Positions 54,099 to 62,664 of a stretch of 64,000 nucleotides of DNA are shown one piece after another. A program made the position numbers and the translations under genes. The notes below the pieces were generated by a model, which was given only the letters and a program-made list of their open reading frames with translations, was not told where the DNA came from and searched no databases. The stretch comes from Clostridia bacterium. Lineage in GTDB: Bacteria; Bacillota; Clostridia; UBA1212. The stretch lies in assembly GCA_017444825.1 (NCBI GenBank), contig JAFSVU010000004.1, positions 59,025 to 123,024 of the forward strand. Reading direction: 5' to 3'. Every line of letters starts with the position of its first letter. Positions within the stretch are counted from its first letter, which is position 1.

Positions 54099-54213
54099 TT
54101 TTGTGTTTTTGAGGCATTTCATTTTGTGTTTTTGAGGCATTTCGTTTTGTGTTTTTGAGGCATTTTATTTTGTGTTTTTGAGGTGTTTTATTTTGTGTTT
54201 TTGAGGTAACCTT
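54099..54213. repeat. Five head-to-tail 23-bp direct repeats (TTTTGTGTTTTTGAGGCATTTCA consensus)
   Basis: Units start at 54099, 54122, 54145, 54168 and 54191. The 16-nt core ttttgtgtttttgagg is identical in all five; the 3' 7 nt drift. Confidence 0.92.
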
Positions 54214-54423
54214 TCATCTAAAACAATAACAACAAAACGATAATCGTTCAGTAGACACCCAGCACATTTTTTCATTATAGTGTCTCCGGAAATCCCAAAA
54301 AACTACCGTCCTTTGAAATCATCAGCAAGTTGCTGAGGATTTGCCGCATCATGATAAAGACCGGCGCCAGCCGAAGTCTCAGCCCCTGATAACGCCGGTT
54401 TCTAAAACTTCAAAATTAACATA

Positions 54424-57180
54424 TCAATTCTTACGCCATGCCCTTCTTCCCCTAACAACCAAACTCAGCGCCACAGCAGCGGCCGCAAGGACGATCAGGG
54501 CGGCGGGAGCATTGCCGCCGGTCTGGGGCGGGTCGACCCGCTTCGGCACCGCCGTAAACGTGGGCCTAAAGGTCGTTACGGCGCCTTCGGCCGCGCCGGC
54601 GTCCCAGCCTGCGAAGGTGTAGGTATTGGCGTCGTCCTCCTCTTTGGTCGGGATGATATCGGGGGCTGCGGGCGGGGTCTCGCCCTCCAGGTAGGTCTTG
54701 GTGTCGAGGACATTGCCGTCGTCAGAGAGCCACTTCAGCGTGTAAACAACCTTTTCCCGGTATTTTGCGGTGAGAGTTGTATCCCCCGTGATCGTGAATG
54801 TGTAGGAGAGGTCGTCCGAGACCTTGGTCTCACCGTCGAACCAGCCCAGGAACACCCGGTCGTCGCTCACTGTGGCGGTGACCGTTACGGAAGAATTCGG
54901 CGTGTAGGACCCGTCACCCGAAACGACTTCGACGTCTCCATTGGAGGTGCCGAGCGAAACTGTGTGCCTGATAAGCGGGTTCTCGATAAAGAGCGTCGTG
55001 ACGCCATCAGCAGTGGAGGTCCTGCAGGTCGTTGTGACGGTGCCGGACTCATTGATGCTGAAAGTGGTGTCGGAAACCGCGGTGTAGCCCTCGGGGGCCT
55101 TGGTCTCGCGGATGATATAGTCGGTTTCGGGGAGAAGCCCGTCTGCGGAGAAGGCCTCAGTGCCCGACGTCCAGGATTTGATGACCGTCTCACCGGCGCC
55201 AATGAGCTGCATTTCAGCCCCCGCCTTCAGCTTTCCGTCGTCTTCATCCGCAACAGCGACCAGGACCGTGTAAGTCTTGGCAATGAACGAGGCATGGACC
55301 GTCACGTCCGCCGCGGGCATCTCGAAGGTGTATTTGCCGCCGCCGAGATCCGTGATTGCGATATCGAAATTATCCTTCTTTACCGTAAGTTCCTTAAGTT
55401 CATAGAGTCGGTCCGGGGCGACCTCCAGAGTAACCAGCTTGCCTGCCGCGATGCCTGTGAGGACTGCAGAGTCTTCGATCGACACCGAGACGCTGCCGTG
55501 GTCAGAGGCGTCATTGGTTATGTCGTACGTGAAATAGCCGAGGGTCGCCTCATTGGTTTGATTGAGCTTTACGCCATAAGTAGCATCGTCGCTGAAAAAG
55601 CAGGTTGCAAGGCCCTTTCCGGAGAGGCCCTTCGTAAAAACTACAGGTTCTGAGGCAGTGGGAGTCGCAGGAGTTTTTATGCCGATCTCGGAACCGCTGA
55701 GGTCGCCCGTTACGTTGATGAGTACGTCTCCCTTCAGGTAAACGTCGTCCGGGACCCTTGAATCGATTGGCCCGCTCATATTTCCGGTCACAGTTACCTT
55801 TCCCGACATGCTGACGTCCTCTTGAGGAAGATACAAAGGGCCAGTATACTCGCCACCGGTAACATCCACCGATTCGGGATTTTCAAACTCCGGGATCCAT
55901 ATTCCGCCGCCGTTTCCAAGGGCAACGTTATCGCTGATAACGCAGTCCTTAAATGACGCGTTACCCTGGCAGAACAGGCACAATCCCCCCTGCCCTCCTA
56001 TCGCCAACGTAAGAGTAAGCTGCGAAAGGTAAACGCCGCCGCCGTCCCTTCCGGCCTTGTTTTCGGTCACAGAAGCTCCCGACATTTGGAAATTGTAGGA
56101 AGCAACCACGTAAAGGCCACCGCCGTCAACATGAGCGGAGTTTCCTTTGATCTCGCCTCCGGTTATGATTATATTGCTCTCAATGGGAACGACAACGCGG
56201 GGACCGCTCGGGTCTTCTGTTTTGACTGACCATCTGATACTTCCGAATCCGCCGATGGCGCCGCCGCATCCGTTCCGTCCCACCGCGGAGTTGTACGCAA
56301 TGACACCCCCCGACATGTTAAGATCGCTGTTCATTATAAATATTCCGGCACCGTTTCCGCTCACGTTCCCGGATATCTCTCCGCCCTTGAAATTGAAGGT
56401 GACGTTATATGCCAGAAGCACACCGCCTCCGATGCCGTTCACGTTGCCGGTGATCGACCCGTTTTCCATAGTAAACGTGGCTCCGTTATGCACAGTAACG
56501 CCTCCGTGGTATTTGTCGTTTCCTACGTTGTTAATGAAGTCGTTTGTGTCGTAATAATTCTTTCCGGAGTTGCCCGTAATGGTGCCGCCCGTCATCGTAA
56601 AATGCGATCTGCTTCCCGTTACGAACACCGGTCCTCCGCTTATCATACGGCCGTCGTCGTGCTCAAACTCGCCAATGCCACCGACATTGCCGGCAATGGC
56701 CCCTCCCGACATGGTGGCACTGCCCATTTTTATAAGTATTCCGCTGTTTCCCGTCAGCGTGCCGCCCTCCATGGTGAAGTTGTCTTGCGTCTCATCCAGC
56801 TCTATAAGGCCTGTGACTGCCCCTCCTTGGATCATGTGCTCAGTGACCCCGTCGATCGGGTCAACGTACCTTAGCGATTCATGGGCCCTGGTCGGATCGC
56901 TGTCCTTAAGCGTCACCGTCCTGACGATCTTGATGCCGCCGTCAAGCACGTGACCGTTCAGGTCGATCACCGAGTCGTCTTTGGCAATGACGTCCCCCTG
57001 AATGTCGGATATAAGAACAGCGGTGCCGTGGCTGTCAAGAACGCTCTGAAGCTCTGAAAGATCGGACACCTCCGTGCCCGTCGCTCCCTGTTCTCCGCCG
57101 GCACCGCTCACTGCCATGATGGTTGCGGTAAATATAAGACAAATTACAGATAATACACCGATGATAAACTTTGGTTTCAT
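54424..57180 (-). CDS. Cell-wall-anchored surface protein: signal peptide, Gly/Asn-rich parallel beta-helix repeats, Cna-B/SpaA-like and Listeria-Bacteroides-type repeats, PPQTG sorting signal
   Basis: The N-terminal signal/TM is MKPKFIIGVLSVICLIFTATIMAV. Repeats of the GGAI.GN..GGG type are present, as is ...YIIRETKAPEGYT... Two ..FLGWFDG../..FAGWD.. repeats are present. The C-terminus is VDPPQTGGNAPAALIVLAAAAVALSLVVRGRRAWRKN. Confidence 0.85.
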   Translation of the reverse strand: MKPKFIIGVLSVICLIFTATIMAVSGAGGEQGATGTEVSDLSELQSVLDSHGTAVLISDIQGDVIAKDDSVIDLNGHVLDGGIKIVRTVTLKDSDPTRAHESLRYVDPIDGVTEHMIQGGAVTGLIELDETQDNFTMEGGTLTGNSGILIKMGSATMSGGAIAGNVGGIGEFEHDDGRMISGGPVFVTGSRSHFTMTGGTITGNSGKNYYDTNDFINNVGNDKYHGGVTVHNGATFTMENGSITGNVNGIGGGVLLAYNVTFNFKGGEISGNVSGNGAGIFIMNSDLNMSGGVIAYNSAVGRNGCGGAIGGFGSIRWSVKTEDPSGPRVVVPIESNIIITGGEIKGNSAHVDGGGLYVVASYNFQMSGASVTENKAGRDGGGVYLSQLTLTLAIGGQGGLCLFCQGNASFKDCVISDNVALGNGGGIWIPEFENPESVDVTGGEYTGPLYLPQEDVSMSGKVTVTGNMSGPIDSRVPDDVYLKGDVLINVTGDLSGSEIGIKTPATPTASEPVVFTKGLSGKGLATCFFSDDATYGVKLNQTNEATLGYFTYDITNDASDHGSVSVSIEDSAVLTGIAAGKLVTLEVAPDRLYELKELTVKKDNFDIAITDLGGGKYTFEMPAADVTVHASFIAKTYTVLVAVADEDDGKLKAGAEMQLIGAGETVIKSWTSGTEAFSADGLLPETDYIIRETKAPEGYTAVSDTTFSINESGTVTTTCRTSTADGVTTLFIENPLIRHTVSLGTSNGDVEVVSGDGSYTPNSSVTVTATVSDDRVFLGWFDGETKVSDDLSYTFTITGDTTLTAKYREKVVYTLKWLSDDGNVLDTKTYLEGETPPAAPDIIPTKEEDDANTYTFAGWDAGAAEGAVTTFRPTFTAVPKRVDPPQTGGNAPAALIVLAAAAVALSLVVRGRRAWRKN

Positions 57181-57418
57181 GCTTTCTCCCCCTGACTTTT
57201 TCCCTGCGCATCCGTTTTGTGAAAAAAATTAACGGAAATGCCTGACAAAATGCTTTATGAAAATCAGTTCGCTTTATTATAGTAAATTATAATCCGCGAT
57301 TTCAAGGTTTTCAGCGCTAATTTAGCACTGTTGCGCTTTGTCACTTTACATTATTCGCCGTTATAATATAATAAGGTCATTCTGAGAAAAGGCAGAAACG
57401 CGGGAGAAGAGTACGCCA

Positions 57419-57877
57419 ATGACAGACATCGGAACAAAAATAGCGACCCTCAGGGCGGACCGTAACATATCCCAGCAGGCGCTGGCCGACCGGCTTTATG
57501 TTTCACGTTTTCTTGTGTCCAGGTGGGAGTCAGGGGAGCGGCGGCCCGACTACAATATGATTAGGAGCATTGCCGAGGTGCTCGGGGTGAGGCCTGAGGA
57601 GATCGCGGACATAAACAGCATGGCTGTGGCGGAGCTGATGGAGTGCATTGGCGGCAGCTGCGGTCTGACGGAGGATGAGCTTGCCCTGGCGATCGGCGCA
57701 TTTCTTCGGAAAAACAACGCCCTTGAGTCGAAGATCTTCATCCAGCGGTACTACCATCTGAAGTCAACCTCCGAGACCGCCATCCTTTTCGGGATAGGAG
57801 AGAATCACGTGAGAAGCCTGCTCTCAAGGACCAGGCGCAAGCTGAAAAAGTTTTTAGCGGGGTACAGCGCATCATGA
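57419..57877 (+). CDS. Hybrid regulator: XRE-type HTH N-terminus + sigma-70 region-4-like C-terminus
   Basis: The N-terminal part ISQQALADRLYVSRFLVSRWESGERRP is an XRE HTH. The C-terminal part FIQRYYHLKSTSETAILFGIGENHVRSLLSRTRRKLKKFL resembles sigma70_r4_2. Confidence 0.7.
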   Translation: MTDIGTKIATLRADRNISQQALADRLYVSRFLVSRWESGERRPDYNMIRSIAEVLGVRPEEIADINSMAVAELMECIGGSCGLTEDELALAIGAFLRKNNALESKIFIQRYYHLKSTSETAILFGIGENHVRSLLSRTRRKLKKFLAGYSAS

Positions 57878-59136
57878 ACAACGAAACGATCTTTAACGCA
57901 ATATCAAAGCTGGACGGGGAGCTGGTCGACGGAAGCCTGCCTACAGCCAAGCCTGCAAGGAGAAAAACGCCAATAGCTTTAAAGCTGGTCCTTGCGGCCG
58001 CCGCCCTGGTGGCGGCGGCCGGCATTGGCGCCGGTGTGTCGGCGTACACCGCCGAGGTCAGGGAATACAACAACGCCCTGGACTTCTTCTCAAGCAACTC
58101 TCTTTCCACAGAGGGGCTGAGCCGCTCCGAGATCAAGGAAGTGTACCACGATATTACCACAAACACCTTTTCAAACAGCGCGACGGCGACCGCCATGAAC
58201 AATTCGATACCCGGCCTCGACCTTGACGTTGTCGGGATATCCTCCGCGGAACTGAACTCCGCCTGGTTCTCAAACGTTCTGATAACGAAGGCAAAAAGCT
58301 ACGTTTGCAACAGCCTCAGATCCACCGTGGACCCGGGCTTTGATATCCCGGAAGGGTGTACGCTTTACGGCAACGGGTTTTACGTGTGCGAGGATTTCCC
58401 GGAGGCTTCGTATGAGGCGTTCATTTCGGAGCTTGAGGGCATTGGTTATTCCTCGGCAAGGACCCTCACCGGCGCATTTCTTTTCAGGGACGACTGCGCG
58501 GTTTTTTTGAGTTACTACGTTGACCGTTTCGAGCTCTGCTGGTACAAAACAAGCCCCTACGCGCCAAAGTACGGGATCAGCGTCAGCGAAGCGAAGAAGC
58601 TGCTCTGCCCGGAAAAGAGTTTGTCGCCTATCGATTTTCACCCCATTGACGTGACGCCCGAGGGGTTCTACGTTAAGACAGGGGGCCAGATCTTTGCGGT
58701 CCCCACCTACTCCTACGACGAATACGCCAATTGGGACGGCAACGGCATGTCCCGGGAAGAGAACGAGCACTATTTCTTCGCAGTGTACTACGTCAAGGGG
58801 TCTCAGGTCAGCCAAATCGGCATGGACAAGATCGCAATTTTTGACATAGACGGGGACGGGGATGACGAGGTGTGCATATTGTCTTACGGGCCCACCAGCG
58901 GAGTGTTCACGTTCGGCGTCACGGTTGAGCATGGCGGCGCCACCCTCTCCCGCTACTTCCTTACGAATCACGCGGAGCTGTCCTTTGCGGAGGCAGATGA
59001 TACGGTCAAGATCCGCGCTGTGGAGTATTTGTCCGGCGAAGAACACTTTTTTGACATTAAGATCGAAAGCTCTGACGGCAATGACACCGTCGCCCTGTAC
59101 GAAAACGGCGAGCCGGTGCGGAGCGGGGGCAGTTGA
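57874..59136 (+). CDS. Membrane-anchored protein coupled to the hybrid regulator (anti-sigma-like position), hypothetical
   Basis: Its ATG overlaps the upstream stop (ATGA at 57874-57877). A single TM segment ALKLVLAAAALVAAAGIGAGV lies after ~35 aa. An IFDIDGDGDDEV Ca-binding-like motif is present. Confidence 0.65.
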   Translation: MNNETIFNAISKLDGELVDGSLPTAKPARRKTPIALKLVLAAAALVAAAGIGAGVSAYTAEVREYNNALDFFSSNSLSTEGLSRSEIKEVYHDITTNTFSNSATATAMNNSIPGLDLDVVGISSAELNSAWFSNVLITKAKSYVCNSLRSTVDPGFDIPEGCTLYGNGFYVCEDFPEASYEAFISELEGIGYSSARTLTGAFLFRDDCAVFLSYYVDRFELCWYKTSPYAPKYGISVSEAKKLLCPEKSLSPIDFHPIDVTPEGFYVKTGGQIFAVPTYSYDEYANWDGNGMSREENEHYFFAVYYVKGSQVSQIGMDKIAIFDIDGDGDDEVCILSYGPTSGVFTFGVTVEHGGATLSRYFLTNHAELSFAEADDTVKIRAVEYLSGEEHFFDIKIESSDGNDTVALYENGEPVRSGGS

Positions 59137-59298
59137 CACTACCTTGAGGGGTGAAAGGGTTGCGACAGATTTATTCCGCGTATCCGCAATACGGGCATAC
59201 CGGTTTGACCTCAACCGACCAGGAATTCTGATCTCTCTACTTGATTAAAACGCCGTTTACTATTGAAATCATTTTTGTCCTCTTTTTTCTGATCCTTT

Positions 59299-59727
59299 TC
59301 ACTTTTCCGGGTCCAAGACCTTTTGAAGTACTTGTTCGTAAAGTTTTTCGTCGTCATAAAGGATATAGACGTCGTTCTTTTCAGGCCAAGCCCCTTTCAG
59401 TTCCCGTGAAAGAGCCCTTACAAATGCCTGCTCGGAATCGAACCTTGCTGTAGTGACGATATCCACATCGTCTATAGACAAGTCAAAGTTCTCCCTATTG
59501 ATCAAACGATGCCAGAGGGGTTTCTTTGCACCATATATTCCAAACCCCTTGCACCCCGCAATAAGGATATCGTCCACCTGCTCCAAGATGAAAGACTCGT
59601 CGTCAATGTGCTCGACAATGAGGAAACAAATGAAGTCCCGTCCCAGAGGAACGTTGACTTTGCCTGTTGTCATGGATGCGCTGTAAAAATCGGGGCGTAT
59701 TTGGTTGATTGGGGTGTGGATGTTCAT
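59299..59727 (-). CDS. Hypothetical 142-aa cytoplasmic protein
   Basis: An ORF in AT-rich DNA. No motif was recognised. Confidence 0.5.
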   Translation of the reverse strand: MNIHTPINQIRPDFYSASMTTGKVNVPLGRDFICFLIVEHIDDESFILEQVDDILIAGCKGFGIYGAKKPLWHRLINRENFDLSIDDVDIVTTARFDSEQAFVRALSRELKGAWPEKNDVYILYDDEKLYEQVLQKVLDPEK

Positions 59728-59745
59728 TGTTAGAAAATGTATTGG

Positions 59746-60999
59746 CTACAGCAGATACACCGGAAACGCATATGCTTTTTCATTGATGGCTCTGATTTTA
59801 TCACAGGTATCAATAACGAGTCCCGGCATGATATTCAGCTTGTACTTTTCGAGCACGTTGAAATTCTTGGTCGGGTTTGACGGCAATGCGCTCTTTTTGA
59901 TCTCAACAGGATAGATTTTTTCGCCTTCGACGAACAGAAGGTCGATTTCTTTGCGGTCAATGTCTCTGTAATAGTACAGGGTTGCAGACGGATCTTTGTT
60001 GTAGGCGTAGAAGTTTTTTATGATCTCGCTGACAACATAAGTTTCAAAAAACGCTCCGTTCATCGCACAATTCTCAAGCATTTCAGCGTCAGGCCACTTG
60101 CAGAGGTATGCACACAGCCCTGTATCCATAAAATAGAGTTTCGGCGACTTTATGATCCTGTTGGAGATATTGGCCATGTAAGGCGTAAGCAGATAAACTA
60201 TTCCTGATGTTTGAAGAATAGATATCCATCTCTTGCAGGTGCGCACGTCGATTCCTACGTTTGAGGCAATCTCATCATAATGCAGTTCCTGAGCAGTTCT
60301 GAGAGCAACGATCGAGAGAAAATTCCTGAATTGCATCTCATTTGAAGCAGATATAAGTTTGAGAATATCTTTTTCAATGTACGTGTTAATGTAGGATTTA
60401 AAATATATCTCCCGGCTTGATTCGCCTGTGCAGATATCAGGCATACCACCCATGAATATGTCCTTAAAGATCTCACTTCTGGTTCGGTACATGCGTCCTG
60501 AGGCTTCACGCTTGCGTATATCAGACAGCTCCGGAGAGAACAGTGGACTGTCATAACCGTATTTTTCCGCTTGAGACAAAGAAGACAGATCAATTACCCC
60601 GCAGCGCCCTGCCAGTGACTCGGAGATGCCTTCCTGAAGTTCAAAACGGTTGGAGCCTGTGAGGATATACATCAGCTGACGTTCTTTGCCGTTTTTCAGC
60701 CAGGAGAGCCGTTGTTTATCGATAATGATTTTTATCTCGTTGAGAAGCATTGGTGCTTTTTGAATCTCGTCAATGATCAGAGGCCATCCGTATGATTCGA
60801 GAAACAGCTTTGGATTGGCAATGGCAAGAGCGCGATCGCCGGTATCGTCAAGGGAAACCTTGCGGTACTTATCCCCGAATATCATATCAACAGTGGTTGA
60901 TTTTCCCACCTGTCTCGGCCCGTAAACGACAATGCAGGGGAAAGACCGGCTGACGTCAATGATCATTTTTTCGGCAGTTCGCTTTAAGTACATTGGCAT
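59746..60999 (-). CDS. AAA-family ATPase with DUF4143-like C-terminal domain
   Basis: Start set at ATG 60999, after AGGAGG. Walker A is VYGPRQVGKST. Walker B is PLIIDEIQ. Confidence 0.85.
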   Translation of the reverse strand: MPMYLKRTAEKMIIDVSRSFPCIVVYGPRQVGKSTTVDMIFGDKYRKVSLDDTGDRALAIANPKLFLESYGWPLIIDEIQKAPMLLNEIKIIIDKQRLSWLKNGKERQLMYILTGSNRFELQEGISESLAGRCGVIDLSSLSQAEKYGYDSPLFSPELSDIRKREASGRMYRTRSEIFKDIFMGGMPDICTGESSREIYFKSYINTYIEKDILKLISASNEMQFRNFLSIVALRTAQELHYDEIASNVGIDVRTCKRWISILQTSGIVYLLTPYMANISNRIIKSPKLYFMDTGLCAYLCKWPDAEMLENCAMNGAFFETYVVSEIIKNFYAYNKDPSATLYYYRDIDRKEIDLLFVEGEKIYPVEIKKSALPSNPTKNFNVLEKYKLNIMPGLVIDTCDKIRAINEKAYAFPVYLL

Positions 61000-61134
61000 G
61001 TTTCCTCCTTTGCAGCTACAGTATAACAGATTTTCCCGATTAAAACAACATCCGACTGCTGTTTTAATCGGAAAAATCCGCATCATAAAGCCTGCAAAAG
61101 GGTCGTTTTTCCCCTTAGGCCCGCCATAAAGTCC

Positions 61135-61860
61135 CTAGCCCCGGTCCTGGCCCTGGTCCCGGATCAGCCTGCAGTCCATAAAATCAACGTATTCCAGTTC
61201 AGGCAGCTCGGATATGAAGCCCAGGTCTTTGACTTTAATCGCGGCGTTTACGTTGGTGCTGTAGCCGCAGATGCCCAGCACCTTGAGCTTTTTCAGCCCT
61301 GCCAGCACGGAATAGTCGGTGATCTTATTGGTGTCGCCAAGGATCAATACCTCCAGGCCGTCAAGCTTTGCCAACGGCGCGATGTCTGTGAGCGATGAGG
61401 CTTTTTCCAAAAACAGTTTTTTGAGGTTCCTGAGCTTTACGATCCCGTCGATCTCCTTGCAGCGGAGCCACTTGATTCTGAGGGACTCCAGGCTGTCCTG
61501 GCAGCACAGCGCGTCAAACACCTCCTGATTTAGGGAGGAGCAGACGTGGAGCTCTTTTACCGGCAGTTTTTCACTTTTGAGGTAGTCCACCCACCCCTGC
61601 GTGTATTGGCGTTGCTTTTTTTCGCACCCTTTCGGATCGGACATGCCCTCTGCCAGACTGAAGGAATGCTGTGAGCAAACGAGACACATTGACGACTGGC
61701 CGGTATACTGCCCGGGATGTTCCACAAACTCACCGGACCTCAGGTCGCGCACAAAATCCTCGTAGATTCGGCAATGCTCAAAATCCTGCGCAAATTCGAT
61801 CTTCGGATTCGCCAATGATAAGGCTTTCAGATATTCACGTGTTTTCTTGTATGATGTCAT
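61135..61860 (-). CDS. Cytoplasmic leucine-rich-repeat protein (hypothetical)
   Basis: Start set at ATG 61860, after GAGGA. The C-terminal half holds ~22-aa LRRs (LRNLKKLFLEKASSLTDIAPLAKLDGLEVLILGDTNKITDYSVLAGLKKLKVLGI). Confidence 0.65.
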   Translation of the reverse strand: MTSYKKTREYLKALSLANPKIEFAQDFEHCRIYEDFVRDLRSGEFVEHPGQYTGQSSMCLVCSQHSFSLAEGMSDPKGCEKKQRQYTQGWVDYLKSEKLPVKELHVCSSLNQEVFDALCCQDSLESLRIKWLRCKEIDGIVKLRNLKKLFLEKASSLTDIAPLAKLDGLEVLILGDTNKITDYSVLAGLKKLKVLGICGYSTNVNAAIKVKDLGFISELPELEYVDFMDCRLIRDQGQDRG

Positions 61861-61919
61861 TCTTGTCCTCGCTCCCTGTTCAAAAAATATCACACCCCAG
61901 GCCAAAACGCAAGGAAAAA

Positions 61920-62246
61920 TGCCTTCACGGAATCGATATTGCGGGGACCCGCCCGGGGGACAGCGTGTGCGTCATTGGCGGCGGCACGATCCTTCTGTTC
62001 AGCGTTCCGAAGCCCGGTGTCCACCACAGCCTCAATCTGGAAGACGTTTTCAACAAGGAGCTGAAAATCGTTGGTTCGAGGATCAATCCCGACACCCACG
62101 CGCGGGCAGTCTCGCTCATAAACAGCGGCAGGATCTCACTTGACAGGCTCATCACCCACACCTATCCGCTGGAGAAGCTGGAGGATGCCATCATAAAACA
62201 GACTGAAAATGATTCGATCAAGGTTGTGGTCGAGCCTTCGATTTGA
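61920..62246 (+). pseudogene. Remnant of a zinc-type (medium-chain) alcohol/polyol dehydrogenase: 5' truncated with internal deletion
   Basis: CLHGIDIAGTRPGDSVCVIGGG starts the Rossmann GxGxxG region and then jumps to ..FNKELKIVGSRINPDTHARAVSLINSGRISLDRLITHTYPLEKLEDA... About 70 aa of the Rossmann fold and the entire N-terminal catalytic domain are absent. Confidence 0.6.
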
Positions 62247-62272
62247 AAGGGGCAGGAAGCTTTTCTGATAAA

Positions 62273-62545
62273 CTATTTTTCAAGAGCCTCCTTGAGTTCA
62301 TCCATAGAGGAATACTCGGGGACGGAAGGATCGGACGAAATTCTTTTTGCTTCCGCCATTGCGTCAAGTGTTTTTTGAGAATACTGAGGCAGCTCGACAG
62401 CAAACGGCAAGCCTCCGCGAAGAACACACTGGTATAGAAAGATATTTACAGCGCTTGACATATCGAGTCCAAGTGAGTCAAACAGATCGACAGCTGCTTT
62501 TTTCACATTGGCGTCAATACGAATTTGAGTGGGAGTAGTAGCCAT
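62273..62545 (-). CDS. RelB/DinJ-family type II antitoxin (no adjacent toxin gene)
   Basis: The sequence MATTPTQIRIDANVKKAAVDLFDSLGLDMSSAVNIFLYQCVLRGGLPF is present. Start set at ATG 62545, 9 nt after AGGAG. Confidence 0.8.
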   Translation of the reverse strand: MATTPTQIRIDANVKKAAVDLFDSLGLDMSSAVNIFLYQCVLRGGLPFAVELPQYSQKTLDAMAEAKRISSDPSVPEYSSMDELKEALEK

Positions 62546-62664
62546 GAAAATCATCTCCTTTGTTTCGGTTTCGCAATTATTATAGCCGAAACGGTTTACG
62601 TTGTAAAGCAAAATCTTTATTATGTTCAAATAATCATGCAAACAAATGGGATAAGATCGAAATG

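Noticed and set aside
54099-54213. The possibility that the 23-bp repeats are a CRISPR array
   Set aside because: The units are strictly contiguous with no spacers, 23 bp is short for a CRISPR repeat, there is no palindromic core, and no cas genes are in the window.
39003-54213. Calling the island a prophage, ICE or transposon
   Set aside because: No integrase, recombinase, transposase, relaxase, capsid or terminase genes, tRNA target or convincing terminal direct or inverted repeats were seen. XRE::ImmA alone is not sufficient.
61671-61919. The 5' part of the 191-aa plus-strand ORF that contains the dehydrogenase remnant
   Set aside because: This part is antisense to the LRR gene (61135-61860) and shows no dehydrogenase similarity. 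Only 61920-62246 looks like former coding sequence.
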